Part shown: piece by piece, positions 46,309-55,673 of the stretch
Layout: every line of letters begins with the position of its first letter
How positions within the stretch are numbered: the stretch's first letter is position 1
DNA from: a virus
DNA length: 64,000 bases
Virus record (IMG/VR): IMGVR_UViG_3300036766_001793
Span: 32,001-96,000 of that record
Direction: 5' to 3' (one strand)
Notes under the pieces: generated by a model
Databases searched by the model: none
What the model was told of the DNA's origin: nothing
The model's input: the letters and a program-made list of their open reading frames with translations, nothing else
Program-made: the position numbers and the translations under genes

Positions 46309-49077
46309 CTAGGTCACCGAGAGGTCGTCGAAGAACGCCTTCCCCGTGGTGCTGCCCGGGGACCCGGGCGCGGCGAGCCTGATTGTGACGAACCCGGCGG
46401 CGGTCGGGGTGAAGGTGAGCGAGATCTGCTCCCAGGCCCCGGACGGCCCCACCATCTGGGCCTCGTCGTCGGCCACGCCGATCTCGGTGCCGCCGAGGAC
46501 CGACATCGTGGGGGCGTGGTTGAACCGGTACCCGTACATCGAGTACGCGCTGGCTGCCGCGAACTCGTTCATGCTCACCACGTACTTGCCCTTGCCGATT
46601 ACCCCGAGACCGCCGCCGGCGCCGCCGAGCACCGTGCCTGGGCTGGCCACCTTGGTCCCGAACGCGCCGGCGCTCCACGGGTAGAAGTGGATGTATGGGG
46701 AGGTCCAGGTGTGGACCCCGATGTAGTTGCCGCCGGCCAGCCAGGACAGGCCGCCGTAGTCGGCAGGGGCTCCTGGGAGGGTTCCCGGGTCAGAGACCTT
46801 GGCCCCGAAGCCGGTCGTGAAGGGCCAGACGACTATGAACGGGGTGGTCCTCCCGATCACCCCGACGTAGGCGCCGTCCGGGCTCCAGGCCAGGCCCAGG
46901 CTGTTGCCGCCCGCCAGCGTCCCGGGATCGGCGACCTTGGCCCCGAACCCGGCGCTCCACGGGTACACCGAGATGAACGGGGTGGTCGTGTGCGCCACGG
47001 CTATGTAGGTCCCGGCCGGGCTCCAGGCCACCTGGCCGCCTGTGTCGGCCGGCAGGGTCGCGGGGTCCGCTACCTTGGCCCCGAAGGCGCCCCCGCTCCA
47101 CGGGTAGACACTCACGTACGGGCTGGTATTGTGCGACACCGCTATGTAGTCGCCGGCCGGGCTCCACGCCACCGAGTGGGCCACGCCGGTCGGCAAGGTG
47201 GCCGGGTTGGAGGCCGCGGCCCCCACCGCTCCCGTGGCGGCGTCGAACGGGAAGACCTGCACGTACGGACTGCCGGAAAAACACACGGCCAGGTAGGTCC
47301 CGTCCGGGCTCCACGCGCAGGCCCCCTGGACGCCGCCCGCGAGGGTGGCCGGGTCCGGGGACCGCCTCCCCATCTGGCCTGTGGACGGGTCCAGGGAGTA
47401 GACCTGCAGAGTGACATTCCCGGAGACCGCCAGGATCCACTTCCCGCCGGGGTGCACGGCCACGTTCACGTACGGGCCCAGGACGTCCTGTATCGGGGCG
47501 ACCTGGTTGCCGTACTTGAACGCGGCGTAGTTCGAGTCGTACCTGGCGTACACTCTGACCGTCGTGGCGGCGGCGCCGACCGGCAGCAGGAAGTCCCTCG
47601 ACCCGCCCTGGTCGAACCTCAGGGAGTAGGAGCCCGTGCGGATGGTGGAGGCCTCCCTCGCCGCCGACGGCAGCTCCAGCGCGCCGGACGTCACGGTCAC
47701 CTTGGCCGACGAGGGCCTCGACGACCTGGTCAGGTCCTCGCCGGCCGGGGCCACCACCCCCTCCGCCGCCTTGCCGAGCCCGCCAACCGCGTCGAACGGC
47801 GTCCCGAACTGGAGCGGCTGGGCGCCGAACGTCCTCTCGTGGCCGAACGCGAAGAACGGCCCCGGGTTGTTCACACCGAGCAGCGACGTGTTCCCGCCGG
47901 CGGTGACGTTCGTCCCTATGGCCGGGGCGCTAGCCCCGTGGGACAGCCAGACGTTGTTGTTCTCGGTCACCTGTCCCGACGTCATGTTCAAGAAGACGGC
48001 CGTGGCGCCCCCGCCGACCATCCCGACGTTGTAGAAGAGCTTCCAGTTCCTCGTCGGCACGCCGGTCACCTTGCCGCTCGCGCTCAGGGTCGCGAGGATG
48101 TTCGACGACAGGTCCCCCATCATGAACGTGCAGTGGGTCACCGTAAGGTCGGACAGCTTGACGGCGCTGTCGGTGCCGGTTGAGCCGTTGCTAGATGCCA
48201 GCAGTATCCTGGGGACGCCCGACGGGGCCAGGCTGAGGAACATGCAGTTTCGCACCGTCATCCCGAGGGAGAACTCCGTGGTCGTCCCGCTGACGGAGTA
48301 GTTTATGTATATGTCGGGGATGTTGCCCGCGCCGGTCGTCCAGAAGTAGCACCGGTCGAGGAGTATCTCGCCCACGGACTTGGCCGACGCGGCGAGCAGC
48401 ACGTTGAAGTTCCCCCGCTCCGCGTTCACCGTGGTGGTCCCGATGGAGGACTTCAGGAACGCGCAGTCTATGAACCTGAATATGTTTCCCGCCGTGCCGT
48501 TTCCGACGGTGACGCCCTTGGCGCCGCCGGGGTTGAAGCTGACGTTGCGGAACTCCAGCGCGGTGGCGTTCCTGAGGTCGGCCGCCCCGAGCTGCACCTC
48601 TCCGGGGGAGTCCCCGGTGTGGGACCCGTCGTAGTCGCCCTGCACGACGACCGTCCCGACCTGGCCCGGTGAGGCCCCGACCGTCCAGGCGTCCGAGCGG
48701 TAGTCGCCCGGGCCGACGTACACGGCGTCCCCCGCGATCGACACCGGGGCGCCGTTGACCGTCTTCAGGTCGAACACTGCCTTCTGGAGTGTGAGGAACG
48801 CGCCGCCCACCGTCCAGGTCCGCCCGGTCTGGGTGGTGCCGAGGGCGGAGCCGAGCGTGAGCGTGTGGGCGTCGGGGACGGCGACGATCTTCCTGATCGA
48901 GACGGTCGTCGTGTTGACCTGGACGTAGTGGCCGACGTCGGCCGAGGTCCAGGCCGCGGAGGCGGACGTGAGGGTCGTGTTGCTGGCGGAGACCCCGTCC
49001 GTGCCGGTGCTGCGGACCGCGGGCGAGGTCCCGCCGTTCGCGTCGGAGCCGGCCTTCCTGACGTAGAGCGCGGTCAC
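46309..49077 (-). CDS. adhesin: beta-helix + WD40-like propeller inside a CBM-like sandwich
   Basis: beta-helix rungs (DCAF, DRCYF, RNCMF, THCTF); near-identical AWSPxGxYIAV...GAKVADP blades. Confidence 0.75.
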   Translation of the reverse strand: MTALYVRKAGSDANGGTSPAVRSTGTDGVSASNTTLTSASAAWTSADVGHYVQVNTTTVSIRKIVAVPDAHTLTLGSALGTTQTGRTWTVGGAFLTLQKAVFDLKTVNGAPVSIAGDAVYVGPGDYRSDAWTVGASPGQVGTVVVQGDYDGSHTGDSPGEVQLGAADLRNATALEFRNVSFNPGGAKGVTVGNGTAGNIFRFIDCAFLKSSIGTTTVNAERGNFNVLLAASAKSVGEILLDRCYFWTTGAGNIPDIYINYSVSGTTTEFSLGMTVRNCMFLSLAPSGVPRILLASSNGSTGTDSAVKLSDLTVTHCTFMMGDLSSNILATLSASGKVTGVPTRNWKLFYNVGMVGGGATAVFLNMTSGQVTENNNVWLSHGASAPAIGTNVTAGGNTSLLGVNNPGPFFAFGHERTFGAQPLQFGTPFDAVGGLGKAAEGVVAPAGEDLTRSSRPSSAKVTVTSGALELPSAAREASTIRTGSYSLRFDQGGSRDFLLPVGAAATTVRVYARYDSNYAAFKYGNQVAPIQDVLGPYVNVAVHPGGKWILAVSGNVTLQVYSLDPSTGQMGRRSPDPATLAGGVQGACAWSPDGTYLAVCFSGSPYVQVFPFDAATGAVGAAASNPATLPTGVAHSVAWSPAGDYIAVSHNTSPYVSVYPWSGGAFGAKVADPATLPADTGGQVAWSPAGTYIAVAHTTTPFISVYPWSAGFGAKVADPGTLAGGNSLGLAWSPDGAYVGVIGRTTPFIVVWPFTTGFGAKVSDPGTLPGAPADYGGLSWLAGGNYIGVHTWTSPYIHFYPWSAGAFGTKVASPGTVLGGAGGGLGVIGKGKYVVSMNEFAAASAYSMYGYRFNHAPTMSVLGGTEIGVADDEAQMVGPSGAWEQISLTFTPTAAGFVTIRLAAPGSPGSTTGKAFFDDLSVT

Positions 49078-49313
49078 GGCGACGCCACCGCCCTCTTGGC
49101 CTCGAGGGACAGCCTCACGGAGGCGGAGATCCTGGCCCGGACCTCGGGGGCTCGGGGGACGCCGCGCTTCGAGGCGGCTATGGCCTCGCGGGCCTCCGGC
49201 GTGCGGCGGCGGCCGCGGTTGGCGCGGCCGATGGCCTCCCTGGCCTCCGGGGTGTGCCGGCGCCCGTGGAAGGGGTTCGCCTCGCCTCGCCTGCCGGCCT
49301 TCGCCTGCTCCAT
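49074..49313 (-). CDS. NUMOD3-only protein
   Basis: NPFHGRRHTPEAREAIG repeats; TAAGAT-N6-ATG. Confidence 0.65.
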   Translation of the reverse strand: MEQAKAGRRGEANPFHGRRHTPEAREAIGRANRGRRRTPEAREAIAASKRGVPRAPEVRARISASVRLSLEAKRAVASP

Positions 49314-49476
49314 GCGGGCATCTTAGGCCGCGGGGGATGGATTATGTAACCTCCGCGGCCCTCCTGGCCTTGCCCCTGCGGTAGGCGGTGTGCTGCCCCT
49401 CGGTCAGGGCGAACCCGCCGCCGGCCCTGGCCGCGGAGCGTCCTGGAGGGGGATCCACCGAGCGCGCCGCCAATGG

Positions 49477-49965
49477 CTACTGGTGGTCGGGGGGTGGATC
49501 GACGGCCTCCGACTCTCTCGGCAAGTGCGCGCCGGCCTGGCGGCGCCGCACCCACGCCTCGAACGCGGCCTGCGAGAACGACTCGCGCGCCTCGTCGTTG
49601 AACGTGCGGCCACGGCGCGCCGCTCCCATCTTTTGCTTAGTCTCGTCTGAGGCCTTCCTCCCGATGCTCGCTTCGCGGATGTGCTGTTTGTGCTCCTCGG
49701 TCAGCCTCTTCCCCGCCTGCGCCTTCTTCTGCGATTCTGACATCTTCGCCCTAGTCTCGTCGGAGCGCCTCTGGCCAGTGTGCGAGGCCGCCATCCTGGC
49801 CCTGGTCTCGTCTGAGGCCTTCCTCCCGGTGAGGGTCCGCGAGATCGCCTCTCTCTGTTCCTGGGGGATAGTTCTGCCGCGCTGGGAGTCGCTGATCTTC
49901 CTCTTGGTCTCCTCGCTCTGCGGGTGGCCAACGCGCTTCTTGGGCTCGTCGCGCGAATCATCCAT
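49477..49965 (-). CDS. NUMOD3-repeat protein, no nuclease domain
   Basis: about seven SEETKRKIS-type repeats. Confidence 0.75.
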   Translation of the reverse strand: MDDSRDEPKKRVGHPQSEETKRKISDSQRGRTIPQEQREAISRTLTGRKASDETRARMAASHTGQRRSDETRAKMSESQKKAQAGKRLTEEHKQHIREASIGRKASDETKQKMGAARRGRTFNDEARESFSQAAFEAWVRRRQAGAHLPRESEAVDPPPDHQ

Positions 49966-50542
49966 CCTGTCGGCCCTGTCCTTTCAGAGCACGCCGTCGC
50001 TCCATGCTCGCCCTGCTCATCGGGTTCCCATCCCCTGACGCCCTCTCGCTCGCGGCGTCCTTGACCTCCCGAGTGCGTGTCCTGCCGCGATTGGCGTCAC
50101 CGATCTTCTTGCGGGTCTCTCCAGTCGTCTCGTGCCCCATTAAGGCCGCGCTGAGCTTCTTCCGCGTCTCGTCAGATACGACTCGCCCGATCATGCTGGC
50201 CGACACCTTGGCCCTGGTCTCGGCAGAGGGAACGTAGCCTTTCGGCTGGCCATCCCCTCCGGAGGTCACGTTGAGGAGCGGCACGCCTTTCGACTTGAGC
50301 TCCGCTATCCACCATCGTTCCGCCTCGTCGATGTCCTCTGGGTCTTCCTCGAGAACGATCACGTCGGGGACGATGCCACGAGAGCGGATCCAGTCGCAGA
50401 GAGGGCTCCTCCGCTTCTTGATTGGGTGGGTCGCGGCCCAGTAATGCTGGTCGCGGCGTTTCTCAGCGGCCAGTGTCGTCTTGCCAACATACCTGACGAG
50501 GAACTTGTTCTCTGGTTCATGCAGGGCGTAGATGATCTCCAT
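49958..50542 (-). CDS. GIY-YIG homing endonuclease with NUMOD3 repeats
   Basis: IIYAL...RYVGKT...R..QH...E..WI...LLNVTSGGDG; TACTAT-N6-ATG. Confidence 0.88.
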   Translation of the reverse strand: MEIIYALHEPENKFLVRYVGKTTLAAEKRRDQHYWAATHPIKKRRSPLCDWIRSRGIVPDVIVLEEDPEDIDEAERWWIAELKSKGVPLLNVTSGGDGQPKGYVPSAETRAKVSASMIGRVVSDETRKKLSAALMGHETTGETRKKIGDANRGRTRTREVKDAASERASGDGNPMSRASMERRRALKGQGRQDG

Positions 50543-50673
50543 GAAGGCATAGTACCACAACAGAGAGATTTATTGGTTAGATAGTCTGCCCGCTAAGCTA
50601 TCTCGTGCATCTGGCGGCTGGCCCCCAAGCCGTTCCGATGGGCACAACTAGCCTGGGATGGACAAAATGTCTA

Positions 50674-50704
50674 GAGAGAACACTGGCCGGTTTCCCGGCC
50701 AGTG
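50674..50704 (-). terminator. terminator after 50730..51485
   Basis: CACTGGCCGG gaaa CCGGCCAGTG then TTCTCTC. Confidence 0.7.
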
Positions 50705-50729
50705 CCCTGTCTCATAGCAGAATAGTGTT

Positions 50730-51485
50730 TTACACACTCTGCCCCGCTATTTGTGACGTATAGGTAGATTTAATGGGAGCTTCTGCTGCGCCCAGGGCGA
50801 GCTTGAGCCACACGCCGATCCTGGAGGCCGCCGCGAGGTCGGTGCCCGGGACGTTCTTGTCGGTGTCGTCGAACGTGTCGGGGTCGAGGGTGTTGGCCGC
50901 GGACGGCGCCGTGAGGCGGTTGGCCGAGGTGGCGGTGTCGTTGACGGCGGCCGCGATGAGGTGCGTGATCTTGCCGGTCGGGTCCGCCGACTGCTGGACG
51001 ACCGCGTTGAGCAGCGCCAGGGTGGCGTGGGTGTTCTTCCAGAAGAACTTCATGTAGTAGTCCTTCGCGCCGACGTCGGAGAAGGCGTTGATGAACAGCC
51101 TCGTGAAGCCGCGCTCGCCGGCCGGGATGACGCCGATGGTGGTGTCGCCCGTCGCCCTGCGGACCGTGACGGCGCCGGCCGCGTCCGAGGCCAGGAGGGC
51201 CTTCTGGACGCGCTCCACGGCGGCGAGGGTGTCGAAGGTGATGAAGGTGACCCCGGTGAGGGCCTTGGTCTGGGAGACCGTGGCGCCGCCGGCGGACCTG
51301 CCGGTCACCGTGAGGTTCATGGTGTCGCCGGCGCTCGAGGAGACGGCCTCGACGTCGTCGGTCGCGGCGATGTCGGTGAAGACGACGCGGTTGTCGACGT
51401 CGACGGCGCCGCCGACGGTCGAGGACTCGTCCTCCGGCATGCTGAGGCCGGCGTAGGCGACGAGGTCTGAGGCGACGATAGGCAT
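50730..51485 (-). CDS. virion structural protein, candidate major filament subunit
   Basis: MCP-like GC3 bias, AAGGAG SD, upstream -10 box, downstream terminator; MPIVASDL...KFFWKNTH...GVWL. Confidence 0.65.
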   Translation of the reverse strand: MPIVASDLVAYAGLSMPEDESSTVGGAVDVDNRVVFTDIAATDDVEAVSSSAGDTMNLTVTGRSAGGATVSQTKALTGVTFITFDTLAAVERVQKALLASDAAGAVTVRRATGDTTIGVIPAGERGFTRLFINAFSDVGAKDYYMKFFWKNTHATLALLNAVVQQSADPTGKITHLIAAAVNDTATSANRLTAPSAANTLDPDTFDDTDKNVPGTDLAAASRIGVWLKLALGAAEAPIKSTYTSQIAGQSV

Positions 51486-51574
51486 TTCTGGCTGCTCCTT
51501 GGGCCGGGCCGCCCGTGCCGGGGGCCTCTGGACTATATCCTAGGCGGGCCGGGGGCCGGCGCGAAGCCCCCGCC

Positions 51575-52204
51575 CTAGTTGAGCCTGTGCCAGCGCACGA
51601 ACGAGCCGGCCCTCACCGTGACGGCGGCCCCGCCGGCAGTCGACGAGGCGAACCTGAGGGTGAGCTCGCCGGCGGACGCCCCGTTGCGGAGCGTCCCGAC
51701 CACCTCCGCGAAGTTGTCGACGTTCGCCGCGTCCACCGAGGCGGTCGGGGCGCCGCTGTCGTACGCCCTGGCCTGCCCCAGGACCACGGAGACGAGGGAC
51801 GTGGGGATCGCGGTCTGCAGGGCCACCGAGACCGGAGACGCCGGGCCGCTCACCGCGAGGGCGATCCCCCTGTTGGTCCCGGCGGCCCTGAAGACGATCC
51901 CGAACTCGAAGTAGTAGTCCGCGCCGGCGTCCACGGGGAACGACAGGCCGGCCACGTCGGCGAAGGAGGTGGCGCTCCTCGTCTGGTCCGACCCGAGCTG
52001 GGCCGAGGACACCAGGGCCCCGGCGACCATGAGGTCCCAGAAGAGGCCGGGCGGCCGCGCGGCCGCCGAGGCGAGGTGGGCGCCGGTGCAGACGTAGGTG
52101 CCGGCGACGTCCTGGCAGGCGTCCCCGACCTCGTACAGCGCACCGTCCTGCCACGCCCCCGTCCAGGTGAAGGTGAACCTCTGGAAGGAGAGCGCGAAGG
52201 CCAT
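51575..52204 (-). CDS. virion protein (short CBM-like motif + C1q/knob-like domain)
   Basis: GAW....YEVGD...G.YVC...H; LTLRFAS...VRAGS. Confidence 0.6.
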   Translation of the reverse strand: MAFALSFQRFTFTWTGAWQDGALYEVGDACQDVAGTYVCTGAHLASAAARPPGLFWDLMVAGALVSSAQLGSDQTRSATSFADVAGLSFPVDAGADYYFEFGIVFRAAGTNRGIALAVSGPASPVSVALQTAIPTSLVSVVLGQARAYDSGAPTASVDAANVDNFAEVVGTLRNGASAGELTLRFASSTAGGAAVTVRAGSFVRWHRLN

Positions 52205-52207
52205 GGG

Positions 52208-52558
52208 CTAGGCCGCGGGGCCGCTCCACAGCACGCCGCGGAGCCTCGGGCTCACGGCGGCTGTCACGTTGATGAACGAGACCTTCGTCGCGACGGCGAG
52301 CGCCTGGTCGGCGTAGCCCTCGCCCTCCCTGATGAGGACGTCGGTCGTGGTGGCGGTGGCGTCGAACCTGATGGCCGCGTCCCCCGGCCCCTCGTTGATG
52401 ATCGACACGTTGCGGCCGACCTTCACGCCCGGGACGAGGACGAGGTCCTCTGCCGTCGCCGGCACCGCGAGCGTGACGTCGAAGGGCGTGGCCTCGTCGG
52501 CGGCCAGGGTCGGGACGTTCACTGTCTGGGTCACGTTGACCCTCGGGTAGATTGGCAT
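52208..52558 (-). CDS. small beta-sandwich virion protein, paralog of 52573..52875
   Basis: shared FDA...GE.Y...F.N....PR.RG..W. Confidence 0.65.
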   Translation of the reverse strand: MPIYPRVNVTQTVNVPTLAADEATPFDVTLAVPATAEDLVLVPGVKVGRNVSIINEGPGDAAIRFDATATTTDVLIREGEGYADQALAVATKVSFINVTAAVSPRLRGVLWSGPAA

Positions 52559-52572
52559 GGCTGGACCCCCTC

Positions 52573-52875
52573 CTAGTTCCCCCAGATGATCCCCCGCACC
52601 CGCGGGGTCTCGCCCGTCACGAGGTTCACGAACCTCAGGCTGCTGAAGATGACGCCGTCCTCGGAGTAGCTCTCGCCGGCCTGCAGCTCCAGGGCGTCGT
52701 CCGGGGTCAGCTCCCCGGAGGCGTCGAACCCGATGAGGATGCCCTTGTCCGTCGTGACCGTCAGCCGGTGGCCGAAGGACATCCTGGACCGGTCTACCCG
52801 CGCGAGCGTCTCCGCCTGCCCCGCCGCGGCCAGCTGTCTGTTGAACACCTGGTGGGCCCCGTAGAGGCTGGGCAT
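52573..52875 (-). CDS. small beta-sandwich virion protein
   Basis: TAGGAT box + GGGGAG SD; paralog of the next gene. Confidence 0.65.
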   Translation of the reverse strand: MPSLYGAHQVFNRQLAAAGQAETLARVDRSRMSFGHRLTVTTDKGILIGFDASGELTPDDALELQAGESYSEDGVIFSSLRFVNLVTGETPRVRGIIWGN

Positions 52876-52921
52876 GGCTCCCCTGGCACCATCCTAGGTC
52901 GCGCCGCGCGCCCGCCGAAAC

Positions 52922-53977
52922 CTACTCCGCCAGGGCCGCGATGTCCGCCTCGTCGAACCGCACCACCGCCGCGAGGCCGTGGTCCCGCACCAGCGCCGCG
53001 TCCCTCTTCCTGTCACGCCACACCTGCTGCCGGGTGAGGACGTGCCACCGGGCGCCGTCCGCCTCGAAGGCGATGTTGTACTCCCTGTCGTAGAGGTCCA
53101 CGGAGTACCGGCCGAAGCCTATCTCGCACTCCACGTCGTGGCCTGCCTCACGGAGGAACCTGTAGAGTGCCGCGTGGATCCTGCTGGGCCACCTCCGGTA
53201 GCCGAGCTGCCGGGCGCTCTGCCGGCCCTTCCTCTGGTGCTCGGTCCACTGGGCGACCAGGGCCGGGTTGGTCCTGCACAGTTCGCTACGCTCGGCCCTC
53301 TGCTCGTCGGTGAACTTGCGCCCTGAGTTCGGGCCGGTCTTGCCGAGGCTGGCCCATGTCGCTCGCGAACTCTCATTTCGCGCCGCCATCACGTCTGGCT
53401 GGCAAGTCGTTGTGTAAGAATGTGGACCGCCGCACGCCCGGCAGGTCGGCTTCGCGCGGCCCGGGTGCGTCTTCCCGGCGTTGGCCTTACCAGAAATTCC
53501 ATCGTGCTTCCGACACTGGCAGCCAGATTCGCAGGCCTTCCCCGGCTGTCCTGCCCTAGCTGCCCTAATAGCAACCTTACGCGCCTCACGCTCTTCATCA
53601 GTCATGTTAGCCCAACGGAGTTTCACCAACTGCCCGATTCGAGCCTTGACTGGCTGCATCCCTGCCGAGATAGCAGCCCGACGCTTCTCAATGGTACCGT
53701 CCTCTTTAGACCGAGCCCATCCTTGCGCCGCACTGAGACTTTGCCGGTCCCTCTGTTCCTGTGTCTTCTTGACTCCAATCCGAGGTGGTCGATTCTCTTT
53801 TGGCTTAGGGCCTCCTCTGGTCCCCATGCCAGTTCGCATCTCTGTTCCGAGTAATTTGAGATGTGTCTGGATCGGCCGGAAGCTGCAGCCTATTTCCTTG
53901 CCGATAGCATTGAGGCCGGACCCCGCCTCGTACATGGACAGGATCCGGCCTGACTGTTCCTCTGTGAAGCTTATCAT
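52922..53977 (-). CDS. free-standing DUF559/Vsr-like homing endonuclease with HTH, NUMOD and Zn modules
   Basis: GRYSVDLY...AFEADG..WH...DRKRD...VVRF; TACAAT-N6-ATG. Confidence 0.85.
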   Translation of the reverse strand: MISFTEEQSGRILSMYEAGSGLNAIGKEIGCSFRPIQTHLKLLGTEMRTGMGTRGGPKPKENRPPRIGVKKTQEQRDRQSLSAAQGWARSKEDGTIEKRRAAISAGMQPVKARIGQLVKLRWANMTDEEREARKVAIRAARAGQPGKACESGCQCRKHDGISGKANAGKTHPGRAKPTCRACGGPHSYTTTCQPDVMAARNESSRATWASLGKTGPNSGRKFTDEQRAERSELCRTNPALVAQWTEHQRKGRQSARQLGYRRWPSRIHAALYRFLREAGHDVECEIGFGRYSVDLYDREYNIAFEADGARWHVLTRQQVWRDRKRDAALVRDHGLAAVVRFDEADIAALAE

Positions 53978-54041
53978 GCACTCATTGTACACTACTTAGC
54001 CCCAGATGTAAACAGTTGAAATTAAGTTTAGGTTATGCTCT

Positions 54042-54719
54042 CTATGAGAACGTCACCGTCTCCGAAAGCGACCAGGACGACCCCGAGCTCTTCGTGCCGA
54101 GCGACTGGACCACGCGGTTGAGCATCGAGCCGCCCGAGGCCGCGTTGAAGGTCCCGACCTCGTTCCAGACGAAGTTGGCCTCCGAGGAGCCGAAGGTGGA
54201 CTGGAAGGTGATGGTCGGGGCGGAGTCCACCGGGTAGGTGGCGTTCATGGCCTTGCGGAGCTTGTTGGACGAGGCCTGGAGGTCTGTTTGGGCCACGTTC
54301 GTGCCGGTCGTGGAGTCGCCGACGCCGAGGTAGGCGCTGGCGTTGCTGAAGACCGTGTCCGAGTCGCCCTTGAGGAGGTTCAGGAGGACCGCGATGCCGG
54401 CGGTGACGAGGATGTTGCCCTCGCGCTCGATCACCTCGTAGGGGTCCGCCTCGAGGAACATGCGGTGGAGGGCCTCGTCCACCTGGCGGCCAGGAGTCCA
54501 GAGCTCCCTGACGCGCCCGTCCAGGCCGGGCTCGGACAGCCACGCCCGGATGGTCTCGACGCCATCCATGAACCTGCGGGCGTCGAGCCCCCCGGAGGCC
54601 CTGCCGCCTGAGAGGACGCGCGCGGCGTCCCCGCGGTTCTCGAGGATGAAGTCCTCGACCGACCCGGCCCTCTTCTCGAGGCGCCACTCGGTGCGGTGGG
54701 TTGCTGAGTCGTTCGACAC
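54042..54719 (-). CDS. virion fibre-associated protein, candidate filament subunit
   Basis: NILVTAG...YLGVG...QTDL...FGSSEAN...EVGTFNAASGGSMLNR; own TACGAT box and AGGAG SD. Confidence 0.7.
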   Translation of the reverse strand: MSNDSATHRTEWRLEKRAGSVEDFILENRGDAARVLSGGRASGGLDARRFMDGVETIRAWLSEPGLDGRVRELWTPGRQVDEALHRMFLEADPYEVIEREGNILVTAGIAVLLNLLKGDSDTVFSNASAYLGVGDSTTGTNVAQTDLQASSNKLRKAMNATYPVDSAPTITFQSTFGSSEANFVWNEVGTFNAASGGSMLNRVVQSLGTKSSGSSWSLSETVTFS

Positions 54720-54842
54720 TTGCCTAGCTCCTGGGCGGTTCTGCCCTGTTGATCGTATCCAGCCGGCGCCGCGTATAGAAACCTACCGCGCGGCCGAGCC
54801 ATCGGGGGCCCCGAGCCCGCGGGCTGGCACCGCCGAGCGGGC

Positions 54843-55673
54843 TTACGCCCACTCGCCGCGGGTCACCGTCGTCGCGTCGTCGGACACGGCCGAGGTCGCG
54901 ACCGGCGTGGACCCGTCGTCCTTCATGAGCGTCCCCAGGCTGGCGGTCTGGGTGATCTTGTTGCGCGCCAGCTCGAACAGCCAGTTGAGCGCGGCGAGGG
55001 CGCTGGCCGTGGCCCCTGGCACCGCCGCGAGGTCGCTCATGGCCTTCGCCCAGATCTCGTCCACCGCGTCCGAAGCCAGCGCGTCGGCGTCGATGGCCCC
55101 GGTGGCGATAGACGCCGCCGTGATGGCGCCCGATGCCCACGCTGTGCCGCCGGCCTGGACGGCGTTCACGCCGAGCTGCGCCGTGGACGTGCTGACCGCG
55201 GCGTTCGCGATGTTCTTCAGGTTCACCTCGGGGATCCCGGCCGTCGCCGGGGCCGAGACGGCTGTGCCGCTCCAGGCGTCCACGTCCGCCTTGGGCTTGG
55301 CGGCAACGCCCTCGGCCGCCATCAGGCGGAACTGGCACGCGATGAACGAGACGGTCTGGCCATCCACGGTGACCGAGGAGACCACGACCGTGAACCAGGC
55401 CCCGACGGTGTAGAACCCGGCGTCGCCGTTGTCGCCCGTGTCGATGCTGAACCCGTGGACGCCGGTGATGCCGTCGAAGTCGATGCCATCCGTGTCGAGC
55501 AGGACGTACCCGGAGTCGGACGCCCTCTGGGTCGTGCCGCCGTCCTTGTAGATCTCGATGTCAGTGACGGCCAGGCCCGTCATGGTGATGCTCGCGCCGG
55601 TCGCGCCCGCGAATGTGTCGAACATCACCGGGAGCACGTCTCCGGCCGGGACGTGGAAAACGGGGTAGCCCAT
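54843..55673 (-). CDS. virion structural protein
   Basis: Ig-like N-terminus; AITAASIATGAIDADA beta-helical repeat. Confidence 0.65.
   Translation of the reverse strand: MGYPVFHVPAGDVLPVMFDTFAGATGASITMTGLAVTDIEIYKDGGTTQRASDSGYVLLDTDGIDFDGITGVHGFSIDTGDNGDAGFYTVGAWFTVVVSSVTVDGQTVSFIACQFRLMAAEGVAAKPKADVDAWSGTAVSAPATAGIPEVNLKNIANAAVSTSTAQLGVNAVQAGGTAWASGAITAASIATGAIDADALASDAVDEIWAKAMSDLAAVPGATASALAALNWLFELARNKITQTASLGTLMKDDGSTPVATSAVSDDATTVTRGEWA

Noticed and set aside
41136-47400. Periodic DNA repeats as a possible CRISPR array or DGR template/variable pair
   Set aside because: They are in-frame, degenerate coding repeats with no constant repeat-spacer pattern, no adenine-specific variation and no reverse transcriptase in the window.
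2488-48183. Long plus-strand ORFs (e.g. 2488..5031, 10069..12480, 26953..29253, 45760..48183)
   Set aside because: They are antisense shadows of GC3-biased minus-strand genes, Arg/Pro/Gly-rich with no motifs.
50560-50730. Group I intron around the GIY-YIG gene (likewise for the other endonucleases)
   Set aside because: Flanking genes end with normal stops, some with terminators, and I could not identify P/Q/R/S core elements; treated as free-standing.
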